Source of the DNA: an uncultured Christensenella sp.
GTDB lineage: Bacteria > Bacillota > Clostridia > Christensenellales > Borkfalkiaceae
NCBI GenBank assembly: GCA_910586245.1
Contig: CAJUFY010000004.1
Coordinates: 32,573 to 96,572, forward strand
Reading direction: 5' to 3'
Length of the DNA: 64,000 nt
Shown: piece after piece, positions 7,924 through 17,310 of the stretch
Layout: the number at the start of each line of letters is the position of its first letter
Numbering within the stretch: the stretch's first letter is position 1
Notes under the pieces: model-generated
Seen by the model: the letters and a program-made list of their open reading frames with translations, nothing else
Databases searched by the model: none
What the model was told of the DNA's origin: nothing
Made by a program: the position numbers and the translations under genes

Positions 7924-9193
7924 ATGAGTTCAGGCGTTCGATCGCCGCTTCGTAAATCCGAAGCAACAGGTCTACGCGTTCCAAGGTTATGTATTCGTTG
8001 GGCTGGTGTACGACGGATTCGTCGCCCGGCATTTCGGGACCGAACGCCACGCCGTGTTTGAGCGCACGCGCGTAAGTCCCTCCGCCGATGGAGATAGGCA
8101 GAGCCTGTTCGCCCGTAAATTCTTCGTATACGCCGCATAACGTTTGAATCAGCGGGTCGCGTTTGTTGAGCCGCATCGGCGCTTGACGGCTGAGCGTTTC
8201 GTATTTCACGCCGAATTGTTCCAACATTTCGAACACGAACTTTTCTTCGAACGAAGCGGGATATCGGATATCGCATACCACGTGTACTTCGTTCTTTTTG
8301 AATTTGATCACGTTGGGCGAAAGGGTGAGGAAATCGTAACTGTCGTGCGCGCCCGTGATTCCGTATACGTCGTAGAAAAGGCAGTCGAGAATGCGTTTCA
8401 CCGATTCGTTGCGTTTTTCGAAGTATTTCAGGATCGGGAGAATTGCGTTCGCGCCCAGTTCTGGGGTGGAGCCGTGCGCGCTCTTTCCGCGCGCGATGAT
8501 TTTTTTACCGCCGGTCTGCAAACCCAGCGCTTCCGCTTTTGAATGCGTAAGCGTTTTCGGCGTTGCTTCGCAGTAGTCGCAAACCATGTTCGCGCTGTTT
8601 CCGCCTTCTAAAAAAATAAAGGGCGGTTTTTCCATCGGGAAGTGGAAGCGTACGTGCAGAATGCCTTTTTCCGAAAAGATTACGGGGAAATCCGCATCGG
8701 GCGAGAATCCGGTTTCGGGCATATGCGCCACGCGATTGTAATGTTCGATACACGCCCAGCCGCATTCTTCGTTGCAACCGACGATGAGCTTAATTTTTTT
8801 GTCGGGAACGAATCCGCGGTCTTTCAGCGCTTTCAAAGCGTAAAGGCAGCAGATCGCAGGACCTTTGTCGTCAACCGTTCCCCGTCCCCAAATGCGGTCT
8901 TCGGTAACTTCTCCGCCGAACGGCTCGTGTTCCCAACCGCCGCCCGCGGGCACGACGTCGAGGTGCGCAAGCACGGCGAATTCTTTTTTCGCGTCGCCGT
9001 AAACGACTTCTCCGACGTAATTGTCGTAGTTGTGCGTTTCGAAACCGAGCGATTCTGCAAGCGCGAGAAAATGGCAAAGGCAGTCCGCCGCGCCCTGCCC
9101 GAAGGGCGCGTTCGGCAAGCGTTCTTTGCGCGAAGAATCGAATTTTACGCTTTCTGAAATACTTTTTACGGTTTCATTGAAGTAAGGGTGCAT
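7922..9193 (-). CDS. pepV: M20-family dipeptidase (PepV/Sapep-like)
   Basis: Start at 9193 (MHPYFNE) with GGAGAGG upstream; the track ORF extends to 9304. Motifs: HLDVVPAGGGWEHEPFGG and WGRGTVDDKGPA. Confidence 0.8.
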   Translation of the reverse strand: MHPYFNETVKSISESVKFDSSRKERLPNAPFGQGAADCLCHFLALAESLGFETHNYDNYVGEVVYGDAKKEFAVLAHLDVVPAGGGWEHEPFGGEVTEDRIWGRGTVDDKGPAICCLYALKALKDRGFVPDKKIKLIVGCNEECGWACIEHYNRVAHMPETGFSPDADFPVIFSEKGILHVRFHFPMEKPPFIFLEGGNSANMVCDYCEATPKTLTHSKAEALGLQTGGKKIIARGKSAHGSTPELGANAILPILKYFEKRNESVKRILDCLFYDVYGITGAHDSYDFLTLSPNVIKFKKNEVHVVCDIRYPASFEEKFVFEMLEQFGVKYETLSRQAPMRLNKRDPLIQTLCGVYEEFTGEQALPISIGGGTYARALKHGVAFGPEMPGDESVVHQPNEYITLERVDLLLRIYEAAIERLNS

Positions 9194-9339
9194 AATCCTC
9201 TCCTTTTGCCACGCATGAATTTTATCATACGGTGCGGTGGCTGTCAAGACGGAAAACGGCGGTTGTACAGAAAATTTGGTAAAACAGGGCGGAAAACAGT
9301 GCAAAACTTGAAAAGATATGTTATAATCGCAAAAAGGGG

Positions 9340-10062
9340 ATGGATATGCACGAAGGACACAGAGAAAGAATGTTGGAAAAGCTGAAGGCTTCCGAAAGCT
9401 CTCTCAACGATCACGAGCTGCTTGAAATTATGCTGTTTCCGATGATTCCCCGCAAGAACACCAACGGCGTCGCGCATCGCCTTCTCGATGCGTTCGGTTC
9501 GTTAAACGGTATTTTTCTCGCTTCCGCTACGGAACTTGCGCAGGTGGAAGGAATCGGAGAAAAAACCGCCGCGCAGATTCGGAATATCGGTTTGCTGTAC
9601 GAACGGATGCGCTTCGGAAAAGAAGAGCAGCCCCGTAAATTCAATATCGACGCGTATTCTGGGTTTTTGACGCAACGTTATGCGGGGCTCAGCGAAGAAG
9701 TGGTCGAAGTGTTTTGTCTCGATTCCTCGCAGCGGATTAAAAGTTGCAAGCGGTTTTCTTCGGGCAACGCGGAACGGGTTCGCGTCCGCGCGGAGGAGAT
9801 CAGCGCGTTCGTCGCAGCGTCCCGCGCCGACGGCGTCGTGGTGGCGCACAACCACCCTGCGGCGGGGTGCACGCCTTCGAGAGCGGACGACGATTTTACG
9901 GGAAAGTTCGCCGTCGTCTGTTCGGTGAATAACGTAAAATTTTACGACCATATTATCGTAGGGACGAACGGCGTATACAGTTATTTCCGTTTGGGGCATA
10001 TGGATAAGATCAGACAAAAATATAACATCGATCAAATCGTTTCGGGGAATCCGCTGTTATGA
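9340..10062 (+). CDS. radC: RadC-family JAB/MPN domain protein with an N-terminal helix-hairpin-helix region
   Basis: N-terminal ELLEIML...LLDAFGSLNGIFLASATELAQVEGIGEKTAAQI. JAB motif: HNHPAAGCTPSRADDDFT. The stop overlaps the next start (ATGA at 10059-10062). Confidence 0.85.
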   Translation: MDMHEGHRERMLEKLKASESSLNDHELLEIMLFPMIPRKNTNGVAHRLLDAFGSLNGIFLASATELAQVEGIGEKTAAQIRNIGLLYERMRFGKEEQPRKFNIDAYSGFLTQRYAGLSEEVVEVFCLDSSQRIKSCKRFSSGNAERVRVRAEEISAFVAASRADGVVVAHNHPAAGCTPSRADDDFTGKFAVVCSVNNVKFYDHIIVGTNGVYSYFRLGHMDKIRQKYNIDQIVSGNPLL

Positions 10063-11288
10063 AAAAGAGGAAATTCGAACTGGAAAATCCGTTTTTCGTA
10101 CGGTGCTGGAAGACGATCGTTTTCTGCCTGTTGATTCTGGTGGAAATTCTGATTCTGCTCACCAACTGGGAGGCGCGGTATTTTACCGATATTCCTTCCT
10201 GGTGGGTGCAGCTTCCCGCTCTGTTTTTACTCGCGTTCGAAAACGCACTCAAATTTTGGGCGGCGCGTTCCGCAGGCGCAAAAATTCCGTGCTACGTGTT
10301 GGATACGGTGCTGTTGATCGTCATTACGCTCTTTTCGGACGGCGCCCTCCTTTCTACGCTGTATATCGTGATACTTTCGGAATTTTATTTGACGCAGACC
10401 AAACTCATCGGCGGGATCGCCATGGGCGTTACGAGCATCGGACTGTTTTTAATCGCGTTCGCGGTGTCGGGCGCGCTGCGCGGGGAAGACGTGAAAATCG
10501 CGGCGCTCGTGACCAACGCGTTTAACGACATTATTATTATTGCGTTCCATTTTCTGATCGTCAATTTTGCCGTTCATATGTACCGTAAGAACCGCGAAGT
10601 CACCAAAGCGTTCGACGAACTCAACGAAAGCAATATCAAACTCGGCATCGCGTACCGCGAATTGCAGGAGGTCACTGCGCTCGAAGAGCGGCAGAGGATC
10701 GCAAAAGATATTCACGATACCGCCGGGCACGCCATTACGACCGTAATCATGCAGACGGAAGCGGCGAAGCTTATTCTCGACAGCGATCCCGCCGAAGCGA
10801 AACGGCGGATTGCCGCGGCGAATTTGCAGGCGAAAAACGCGCTCGAAGAGTTGCGCGAAAGCGTACACTTGCTTTCGGGCATTTCCGAACAGGATACCTT
10901 AAAAGAACAGATGGAAGAAATCATTCACGATACCACCGACGGAACGGGAATTACCGTTCGGTACGAAATCGACGAAATTTCCGTTTGCGATGCAAAAAGG
11001 CGTTTTTTGTGCAATACTTTAAAAGAGGGGATTTCCAACGGGTTGCGCCACGGCGGCGCTTCCGCGTTCTGGTTCGAGCTGAAAGAGGCGGACGGTCAGA
11101 TTTCCTTCTTGCTCTCGGATAACGGAAGCGGCGTGGATATGACGCAGATCGAAGAAGGGCTCGGCTTAAAGGGCGCGTACCGCCGCGCGGAATCGCTGGG
11201 CGGAAGCGTGAAAATCGAAAGCGAACGGGACGAAGGCTTCGAATTATACGTAACTTTGCCGTCGGACGGCGATAAGGAGAAAGTATGA
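10059..11288 (+). CDS. Sensor histidine kinase, HisKA_3 (NarL-partner, LiaS/DesK-like) with a multi-TM intramembrane sensing region
   Basis: About 5-6 TM helices with almost no extracytoplasmic loop. H-box: ERQRIAKDIHDTAGHAITTV. ATPase blocks: EGISNGLRHG and DNGSGV...GLGLKG. Confidence 0.85.
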   Translation: MKKRKFELENPFFVRCWKTIVFCLLILVEILILLTNWEARYFTDIPSWWVQLPALFLLAFENALKFWAARSAGAKIPCYVLDTVLLIVITLFSDGALLSTLYIVILSEFYLTQTKLIGGIAMGVTSIGLFLIAFAVSGALRGEDVKIAALVTNAFNDIIIIAFHFLIVNFAVHMYRKNREVTKAFDELNESNIKLGIAYRELQEVTALEERQRIAKDIHDTAGHAITTVIMQTEAAKLILDSDPAEAKRRIAAANLQAKNALEELRESVHLLSGISEQDTLKEQMEEIIHDTTDGTGITVRYEIDEISVCDAKRRFLCNTLKEGISNGLRHGGASAFWFELKEADGQISFLLSDNGSGVDMTQIEEGLGLKGAYRRAESLGGSVKIESERDEGFELYVTLPSDGDKEKV

Positions 11289-11932
11289 AAATCAAAGTTT
11301 TGCTGGCGGACGATCAATCGATTCTTGCGGACGGAATCAAGAGCGTACTCTCTTCCTGCGGGGAAATCGAAGTCGTCGGAATCGCGCAGGACGGGTTTCA
11401 GGCGCTCGAATTGCTCGAAACGACCAATCCGGACGTCGTGCTCATGGATATTCGCATGCCGAATATGAACGGCGTGATCGCCACGCAGGAAGTGAAGCGG
11501 CGCCGCCCCGAAGTGAAAGTGATTATTCTCACCACGTTCGACGACAGCGATTACATTTTAAACGCGATCAACAACGGTGCGAGCGGATATTTGTTGAAGG
11601 ATACTTCTTCGGCGGCGCTGATCGACGCGATCCGCAACGCTTACGCGGGCGATACCATCTTGCCCGCCAAGATTGCAAAGCGCATTGCCGACGCGGCGCG
11701 CATGGTGAGCAACGATCGCGAAATCAAGCTCAAACGCAAGTTCGGGCTTTCCGACCGCGAAACGGAAATCGCACTCATGATTTACGAAGGATTTACCAAC
11801 AAGCAGGTTGCCGCCGCGCTCAAACTGACGGACGGCACCGCGCGCAATTATATTTCCGCGATCTACGTAAAACTCGAAGCGGGCAACCGCGCCGAAGCGA
11901 CGGAGAAAATGCGGGACGCCATTCAGAATTAA
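11285..11932 (+). CDS. Response regulator, NarL/LuxR-type DNA-binding output
   Basis: Receiver: KVLLADDQ...PDVVLMDIRMP...KVIILTTFDD. C-terminal LuxR HTH: LSDRETEIALMIYEGFTNKQVAAALKLTDGTARNYISAIYVKL. ATGA overlap with the kinase gene. Confidence 0.9.
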   Translation: MKIKVLLADDQSILADGIKSVLSSCGEIEVVGIAQDGFQALELLETTNPDVVLMDIRMPNMNGVIATQEVKRRRPEVKVIILTTFDDSDYILNAINNGASGYLLKDTSSAALIDAIRNAYAGDTILPAKIAKRIADAARMVSNDREIKLKRKFGLSDRETEIALMIYEGFTNKQVAAALKLTDGTARNYISAIYVKLEAGNRAEATEKMRDAIQN

Positions 11933-11935
11933 ATG

Positions 11936-11978
11936 AAAACGCAAACGCCCGCCGACGGTATGTCGGCGGGCGTTTGCG
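11936..11978. terminator. Long GC-rich hairpin between convergent operons. The U-tail is present only for the minus-strand transcript.
   Basis: CGCAAACGCCCGCCGAC-GGTAT-GTCGGCGGGCGTTTGCG. The A-run is on the plus 5' side (AAAA), which is the T-run for the minus strand. Confidence 0.7.
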
Positions 11979-11987
11979 CGATCATCG

Positions 11988-13934
11988 TTATTCGATTGCT
12001 TTCAGCGATTCGTTCATGTCGATTTTTACGATCTTGCGCCGCAGCGCAAGGGTTACGAGGAAGGTGAACAGCAGGGTAATAAACGGAGCGATCAGCCACA
12101 CGAACCAGGACACGGAAGCGATCGCGCCGAAGCCGATGATGGAAAATACGAACCACATCAGCAGCAGCCCCGCGGGATAGCCGAACAATATCCCGACAAC
12201 CGTATTTACGTAAATTTCACGGTAAATATACCCCGTTACTTCTTTGTCGAAATAGCCCAGCACCATGAGCGTCGCGATTTCGCGGTTGCGTTCGCTGACG
12301 TTGATGTTCGTCAGCGTATAGATCACGACGGCGGTGAGCAGCCCCGCAAAGATGACGATGATCACCGCAAGCGCCATGATGGAGGGGGAGCCGAAGTTGC
12401 CGAACAGACACAAATCCAACAGTGCAAGCCCTGCGAGTACGAGCCCCATTGATCCCGCGACGGCGATTACCGTCATCAGAAACCGGCTCTTATAGCGCAA
12501 GACGTTGCGCATCGTCGATTTATATTTGAAGGAAAGTTTGTTCCAAAGGAAGGGGATGCGTTCCAGAATGACTTTTTTGCCCGCTTTGGGAACTTTGGGG
12601 CGGAGTAGATCGGCGGGCTTTTCGCGCGTCATTCTGTGCCCCGCAAGTAGCGTCGCCAGCAGCGTCGTGATGACGATGACGAAGTAAGTCACAAGGAAAA
12701 ACCAGAGCATGACGCTCGCGCTCATCGGCGGCATATCGAAGCTGTAATTGAATACGTAGTAAATCATGCTCGCAAGCCCGATGCCCACGAAGTACGCGCC
12801 CACGCCGCCGATCCCCGTTGCCAACATGGCGAATAAAATATATTTGAATACGATACGGAATCCGTCGTAGCCGAGCGTGCGCAGGCAGGCGATTTGCGCG
12901 CGTTCTTCCTCCATCAGGCGCGTCATGTTCGAAAGTACCACGAGCGCCGTAATAAACAGGAATGCAACCATCAGCACGATTCCGATTTCCATGACCTTTT
13001 CGCCGTAAGCGTGCAAGGAAACGAAGCTGTAATTGTCGTAAAGAGTGAGCGCGCGGTAGTCGCCGTCGGAAAGGACGGCGGCAATTTTTTGTGCTTCCTG
13101 TTCCAGATAGGGGCGGTAGCCGCGCGAAAAGGCGTCAAACGCTTCGCGGTCGGGGAGCGCGACGTACAAATCGCCCGCGGCTGGCAAAAGCGCGTTGCCG
13201 AAGACGACGGGAATGACGTCGGTACTCAAATACAGAATATTGTCGAGCAGAACGAAATCGTCCAGCCCGCCGATGCTGTCGGGCACTTCCGCGTTTTCGG
13301 GGTTGGTGTAGCTGATTTCGCCGTCGACGGCGAACGAGATCGGGCTCGTTACGATTTCGGCAACGGTAACGGTTACCGTCGCCATTTTGTCGGGAAGCAA
13401 AGCTAGTTGGGCGGGCGGCTCTTTGCCGCCCTGTTCGGCGAGCTGCGTGACGACGTCTTTAAAATTCAGCGTAATTTCCGTGCCGACGGGCACGCCTTTT
13501 ATTCGGTTATCCTGTCGCTCGGCGGAAACAGGACGTTCGTATACTACAGTCGGCGCGTCGCTTTTTACGGCGTGCAACGTATTGACCGTGCGTTTCCCTT
13601 TCAAAAAATACAGCCTGACGAGCTGTTCTTCCTCGCCGACGGTGAGATTCACGTCGACCGAATTTCCCGCGTTGACGTTCTCTTCCCCGTAAAGGGCGCG
13701 CACCGCGTCCGCTTCCTCCTGCGTGAAGCCTTCGTCCCGCTTGCTCTTTAAAATCAGATCGCTTACGTTCTGCGCCTTGTAGTAATTGGAAAGGGACTGG
13801 TCGACCTTGTTGGTCGAGCCTCCGATTCCCGCAATAAATCCCACGGAAACGAGCACCATAAAAATGATGGAAAGAAACCGTGCGATATGCTTTTGAAAGA
13901 CGCGGACGAGCGTTTTTAAATAGGTTTTCACCAC
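11988..13934 (-). CDS. ABC transporter permease, FtsX/MacB-like with two FtsX modules and a large extracytoplasmic domain after TM1
   Basis: 648 aa. TM1: FLSIIFMVLVSVGFIAGIGG. About 280 aa of soluble region follows, then a 4-TM bundle. A second module starts after LRYKSRFLMTVIAVAGSMGLV. Overlaps the upstream ATPase gene. Confidence 0.8.
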   Translation of the reverse strand: MVKTYLKTLVRVFQKHIARFLSIIFMVLVSVGFIAGIGGSTNKVDQSLSNYYKAQNVSDLILKSKRDEGFTQEEADAVRALYGEENVNAGNSVDVNLTVGEEEQLVRLYFLKGKRTVNTLHAVKSDAPTVVYERPVSAERQDNRIKGVPVGTEITLNFKDVVTQLAEQGGKEPPAQLALLPDKMATVTVTVAEIVTSPISFAVDGEISYTNPENAEVPDSIGGLDDFVLLDNILYLSTDVIPVVFGNALLPAAGDLYVALPDREAFDAFSRGYRPYLEQEAQKIAAVLSDGDYRALTLYDNYSFVSLHAYGEKVMEIGIVLMVAFLFITALVVLSNMTRLMEEERAQIACLRTLGYDGFRIVFKYILFAMLATGIGGVGAYFVGIGLASMIYYVFNYSFDMPPMSASVMLWFFLVTYFVIVITTLLATLLAGHRMTREKPADLLRPKVPKAGKKVILERIPFLWNKLSFKYKSTMRNVLRYKSRFLMTVIAVAGSMGLVLAGLALLDLCLFGNFGSPSIMALAVIIVIFAGLLTAVVIYTLTNINVSERNREIATLMVLGYFDKEVTGYIYREIYVNTVVGILFGYPAGLLLMWFVFSIIGFGAIASVSWFVWLIAPFITLLFTFLVTLALRRKIVKIDMNESLKAIE

Positions 13935-14629
13935 TCGATCTCCTCAATCGGTCTGGGATTTTCGTTGATTTCGATTTGTTCGATTTTACCGCTCTTGATG
14001 TGCAGAACTTTGTCCGCCATCTCTTTTAAAGCGGCGTTGTGCGTTACGACGATCACGGGCTTTTTCTGTTTGCGCGAAATATCGAACAGCAATTTTAAAA
14101 TATGTTTTCCCGTTACGTAGTCGAGCGCGCCCGTCGGTTCGTCGCACAAGAGCAGTTTGGGGTTCTTCGCAACGGCGCGCGCGATCGAAACGCGCTGCTG
14201 CTCTCCGCCCGAAAGCTGCGCGGGGAAGTTTTGCAGCCGTTCGCCCAGTCCCACTTCTTCGAGCACCGTTTTGGGATCGAGCGCGTTTTTACAGATTTCC
14301 ACGGCGATTTCCACGTTTTCGAGCGCCGTAAGATTTGGCATCAGGTTGTAAAACTGAAATACGAAACCGACGTCGCCGCGGCGGTATTCCGTGAGCCCGC
14401 GTTTGTTGAGTTTGGTAACGTTTTTTCCGTCGAGCACGATTTCGCCTTCGCTCGCGCCGTCCATGCCGCCCAGCAGGTTTAAAAGGGTGGTTTTGCCCGC
14501 GCCGCTCGATCCGAGTACGACGGCAAATTCCCCGTCTTCCAGCGAAAAAGTAACGTCTTTCAACGCGTCGACCGTAACGTCGCCGACGCGGTAACGTTTG
14601 CTTACGTGTTCGAGACGCAAATAACTCAT
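13928..14629 (-). CDS. ABC transporter ATP-binding protein (MacB/LolD-type)
   Basis: Walker A: [12 protein letters not shown]. Signature: [14 protein letters not shown]. Walker B: [12 protein letters not shown]. Confidence 0.9.
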   Translation of the reverse strand: MSYLRLEHVSKRYRVGDVTVDALKDVTFSLEDGEFAVVLGSSGAGKTTLLNLLGGMDGASEGEIVLDGKNVTKLNKRGLTEYRRGDVGFVFQFYNLMPNLTALENVEIAVEICKNALDPKTVLEEVGLGERLQNFPAQLSGGEQQRVSIARAVAKNPKLLLCDEPTGALDYVTGKHILKLLFDISRKQKKPVIVVTHNAALKEMADKVLHIKSGKIEQIEINENPRPIEEIEW

Positions 14630-14775
14630 GGCAAAATCCTCCGATTGTTTTCTGCTTTACATTATAACACGGATGCTGTAACGAATACAAGTGACATTTG
14701 AAAAGGCAAACGTTATTTCACAGCCTTTTCATTTAAAAAAATGTAGAAAATTGTCGTAAAAACAAGATTAAATTC

Positions 14776-14806
14776 TTGACAATCGGGGGGGGGTAAGTAG
14801 TAGAAT
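14776..14806 (+). promoter_or_regulatory. Sigma-A-type promoter with a G9 homopolymer tract in the -35/-10 spacer
   Basis: TTGACA 14776-14781, ATC, G9 at 14785-14793, TAGAAT at 14801-14806 (19-nt spacer as sequenced). The core CTTGACAA..ATC-G9-TA is the same as at 4074-4096. Confidence 0.55.
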
Positions 14807-14848
14807 AATGATAGAAACGGCGTCGAGCCGAAAAGTGAGGATCAGAAT

Positions 14849-15829
14849 ATGAAAAAAGCAGGAATTGCAGTTGCAGGCTTTTTGCTTGCGGGTACGTTGT
14901 TTGCATGCACGGCGTGCGGCGAGGGCGGCGCGAATGCGAATACGGGAAAAGTAGAAGGTGATTTCAGCGAGGAAGCGACCGCCGAACAACTGAGTGCGGC
15001 GATTGCGAAAATCGACACCGAAAACGCGTTCGGCGATATGACGGCGGACGATTGGAAGTTGGGCGTACAGATTTCGGCGGATCTGAGCATGGGCGTAAAA
15101 GCGACGGTTTCCGACGGTAAGCAGTCGGCGACTTCCGAAACGAGTACGGTGATCGGCGGCAAGTTCGATTTTTCCGTCGACAAACAGATGAATCTTCTTG
15201 CGGCGGGCAACCTGAAATTAACCGCGACGCAAAAGGCCAACGGGCAGTCGGAAAAAGAAGAATCTTCCTTCAAAGCGTATCTCGATTCCGATTTCGCCTA
15301 TGCGGAAGCAAATGCAAACGGTGAAACGCAGAAGGTAAAGGTATCCGTTTCCGAGCTTATGGAAGCGATCAAAGGCATGATTCCCGTTTCGTCCGACGAA
15401 ACGGAAGGGGATATCGTCGAAGAAGAGGAATTCGACATCGCTGCAATTCTCGGCGGGCTTGCGGAAGTGGGCGGAAAAATATATCTCGACGAATCGGAAG
15501 GGCTGAAAATAAAAATCGGCTTCGACGAAACGTTTATCAGAAGCGCGATGGAAGAAATTCCCGAATACGCCGAAATGGCGGAGTATTTGCAGTTCGATTC
15601 CTGCGTATTGGATTTTTACGCGGTGTTCGATCGGGACGGGAAATTCGGTCAGATCAGTTTTAACGCGAACGTTGCCGCGAAGATGGAATTGACGCCTCTT
15701 ATGAAGACGGAAGTTTCGATCAAAGGCGGCGCGGTGGTAAAGGCGGGCGACGTAAACGTAACGCTTCCCGCAGGGATTGCTTCGGACGACAGCTATCAGC
15801 TCATTCCGATCGGTTCCATCATCGGTTAA
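14849..15829 (+). CDS. Lipoprotein, unknown function (acidic, no recognisable domain)
   Basis: GTGAGGA lies upstream of ATG 14849. Lipobox in MKKAGIAVAGFLLAGTLFAC. The remainder is D/E-rich and predicted soluble. Terminator directly downstream. Confidence 0.7.
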   Translation: MKKAGIAVAGFLLAGTLFACTACGEGGANANTGKVEGDFSEEATAEQLSAAIAKIDTENAFGDMTADDWKLGVQISADLSMGVKATVSDGKQSATSETSTVIGGKFDFSVDKQMNLLAAGNLKLTATQKANGQSEKEESSFKAYLDSDFAYAEANANGETQKVKVSVSELMEAIKGMIPVSSDETEGDIVEEEEFDIAAILGGLAEVGGKIYLDESEGLKIKIGFDETFIRSAMEEIPEYAEMAEYLQFDSCVLDFYAVFDRDGKFGQISFNANVAAKMELTPLMKTEVSIKGGAVVKAGDVNVTLPAGIASDDSYQLIPIGSIIG

Positions 15830-15834
15830 CGGTA

Positions 15835-15866
15835 TCAAAAAAGACGGGCGATTCGCCCGTCTTTTT
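15835..15866. terminator. Bidirectional hairpin terminator
   Basis: A6-GACGGGCG-ATT-CGCCCGTC-T6. Confidence 0.85.
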
Positions 15867-15874
15867 TAGTGCGT

Positions 15875-16393
15875 TCAATAGATGTTATTGCCTGTGCTGT
15901 CGATTGCAACGACGGCGGGGAAGTCCTTGATTTCGAACCGATAGATCGCTTCGCTCAGCAAATCGGGAAACGCGACGCATTCGCTGCGTTTGACCGCGTT
16001 GCCGTAAATCGCGCCCGCGCCGCCGATCGCCGCAAAGTATACGCGCTTGTTCCGCGCGACGGCTTGCCGCGTTTCTTCGTCCATGCCGCCTTTGCCGATC
16101 ATGCCGCCGAGCCCTGCATCCAGCAGACGGGGTGCAAACGAGTTCATGCGCGCCGAGGTCGTAGGCCCGCAACTGCCGCACGCTTTGCCCTCGGGCGCGG
16201 GGCAGGGCCCCGCGTAGTAAACGAATGCGTCTTTGAGGTCGAAGGGAAGGGGCTTCCCTTCGTCGAGGAGCGCAAACAGGCGTTTATGCGCGCAATCGCG
16301 TGCCGTGTAAACGATGCCCGAAAGCAGTACGCTGTCGCCCGCGCGGAGTTTTTTCGCTTCGTCTTGCGAAAGGGGAAGTGTGAGTTTTTTCAC
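15875..16393 (-). CDS. Fe-S hydro-lyase beta subunit (class I fumarate hydratase / L(+)-tartrate dehydratase family)
   Basis: GTG 16393 with GGAGG upstream. The track ORF 15875..17065 is a fusion with an out-of-frame shadow. Sequence: VKKLTLPLS...GIVYTARDCAHKRL...YYAGPCPAPEG...GPTTSARMN...GMIGKGGM. Confidence 0.8.
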   Translation of the reverse strand: MKKLTLPLSQDEAKKLRAGDSVLLSGIVYTARDCAHKRLFALLDEGKPLPFDLKDAFVYYAGPCPAPEGKACGSCGPTTSARMNSFAPRLLDAGLGGMIGKGGMDEETRQAVARNKRVYFAAIGGAGAIYGNAVKRSECVAFPDLLSEAIYRFEIKDFPAVVAIDSTGNNIY

Positions 16394-17250
16394 GACAGCA
16401 CCTCCTTTTCGCAGCGCACGCAGTGGCATTGAACGTTGATTGCTACGGGCAACCCCGCAATGTGGGTGGGCGCGATTTCGCAGGATACGCCTAGCGCGGT
16501 TACGTTGCCGCCGAATCCCTGCGCGCCGATGCCGAGCGCGTTGATTTTTTCGAGCGCTTCCCGTTCGATTTCGGCGACGTCTTTGCGCGGGTGGGCGCTG
16601 CCCACTTCCCGCGTGAGCGCCTTTTTGGCGAGCAGCGCGCACGAATCGAACGCGCCCCCGATTCCCACGCCCACGTACACGGGCGGGCAGGGGCGGGAAC
16701 CCGCCGTTTTCACCGTTTCCACGATTGCGCGCACGATGCCGTCCCGTCCTTCGGCGGGGGTGAGCATAAAGAGCTTGCTCATATTTTCGCTTCCGAATCC
16801 CTTCGGAAGAAAGGTGACGGAGATCCGGTCGCCTTCTACGATTTCGGTGTGCAAATGCGCGGGCGTATTGTCGCCCGTGTTGACGCGGGTGAGCGGATCG
16901 CAGATGCTCTTGCGGAAGTTGCCGTCGCGATAAGCGCGGCGCACGCCGTCGTCGACCGCGTCCTGCAAAGATCCGCCCGTGAGCGCGACTTCCCGCCCGA
17001 TTTCGAGGAGGACGACGCTCATGCCGGTATCCTGACAGACGGGCATTTTTTCGCGTTGTGCGCACCGTTCGTTTTCGAGTACGGTGGAAAGCGCGAATTT
17101 CGCGGCGCCCGTCTCTTGCGCTTCCGCCTGCATTAAGGCGTTGCGGCAGGAATCGGTGAGCGTAAGCCCTGCTTTCCGCGCCAGGCGGTATACGCAGTCT
17201 GAAATTGCTTTGGTGGAAATGTTTTTCATATCGCCATAATTATAGAACAT
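16390..17250 (-). CDS. Fe-S hydro-lyase alpha subunit (class I fumarate hydratase / tartrate dehydratase family)
   Basis: PVCQDTGM motif, GVGIGG, GIGAQGFGG. 4-nt overlap with the beta subunit gene. Alternative start at 17229 (MKNIST). Confidence 0.8.
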   Translation of the reverse strand: MFYNYGDMKNISTKAISDCVYRLARKAGLTLTDSCRNALMQAEAQETGAAKFALSTVLENERCAQREKMPVCQDTGMSVVLLEIGREVALTGGSLQDAVDDGVRRAYRDGNFRKSICDPLTRVNTGDNTPAHLHTEIVEGDRISVTFLPKGFGSENMSKLFMLTPAEGRDGIVRAIVETVKTAGSRPCPPVYVGVGIGGAFDSCALLAKKALTREVGSAHPRKDVAEIEREALEKINALGIGAQGFGGNVTALGVSCEIAPTHIAGLPVAINVQCHCVRCEKEVLS

Positions 17251-17275
17251 TTTTGCGAAAAAGCAAAGTTTTTCG

Positions 17276-17304
17276 TTGGCATTTTCGGCTTTTTCCTGTA
17301 TAAT
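17276..17304 (+). promoter_or_regulatory. Near-consensus extended -10 promoter placing the transcription start at the ATG of the next gene
   Basis: TTGGCA (17276-17281), 17-nt spacer ending in TG, TATAAT (17299-17304), then 6 nt (ATCGGC) to ATG 17311. No Shine-Dalgarno sequence. Confidence 0.6.
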
Positions 17305-17310
17305 ATCGGC

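Noticed and set aside
11988-14629. BceAB-type bacitracin-sensing transporter
   Set aside because: The large extracytoplasmic domain follows TM1 (MacB-like topology) rather than lying between TM7 and TM8. The nearby two-component system is NarL/HisKA_3 type rather than the BceRS OmpR type. I therefore kept the generic MacB/FtsX-like call.
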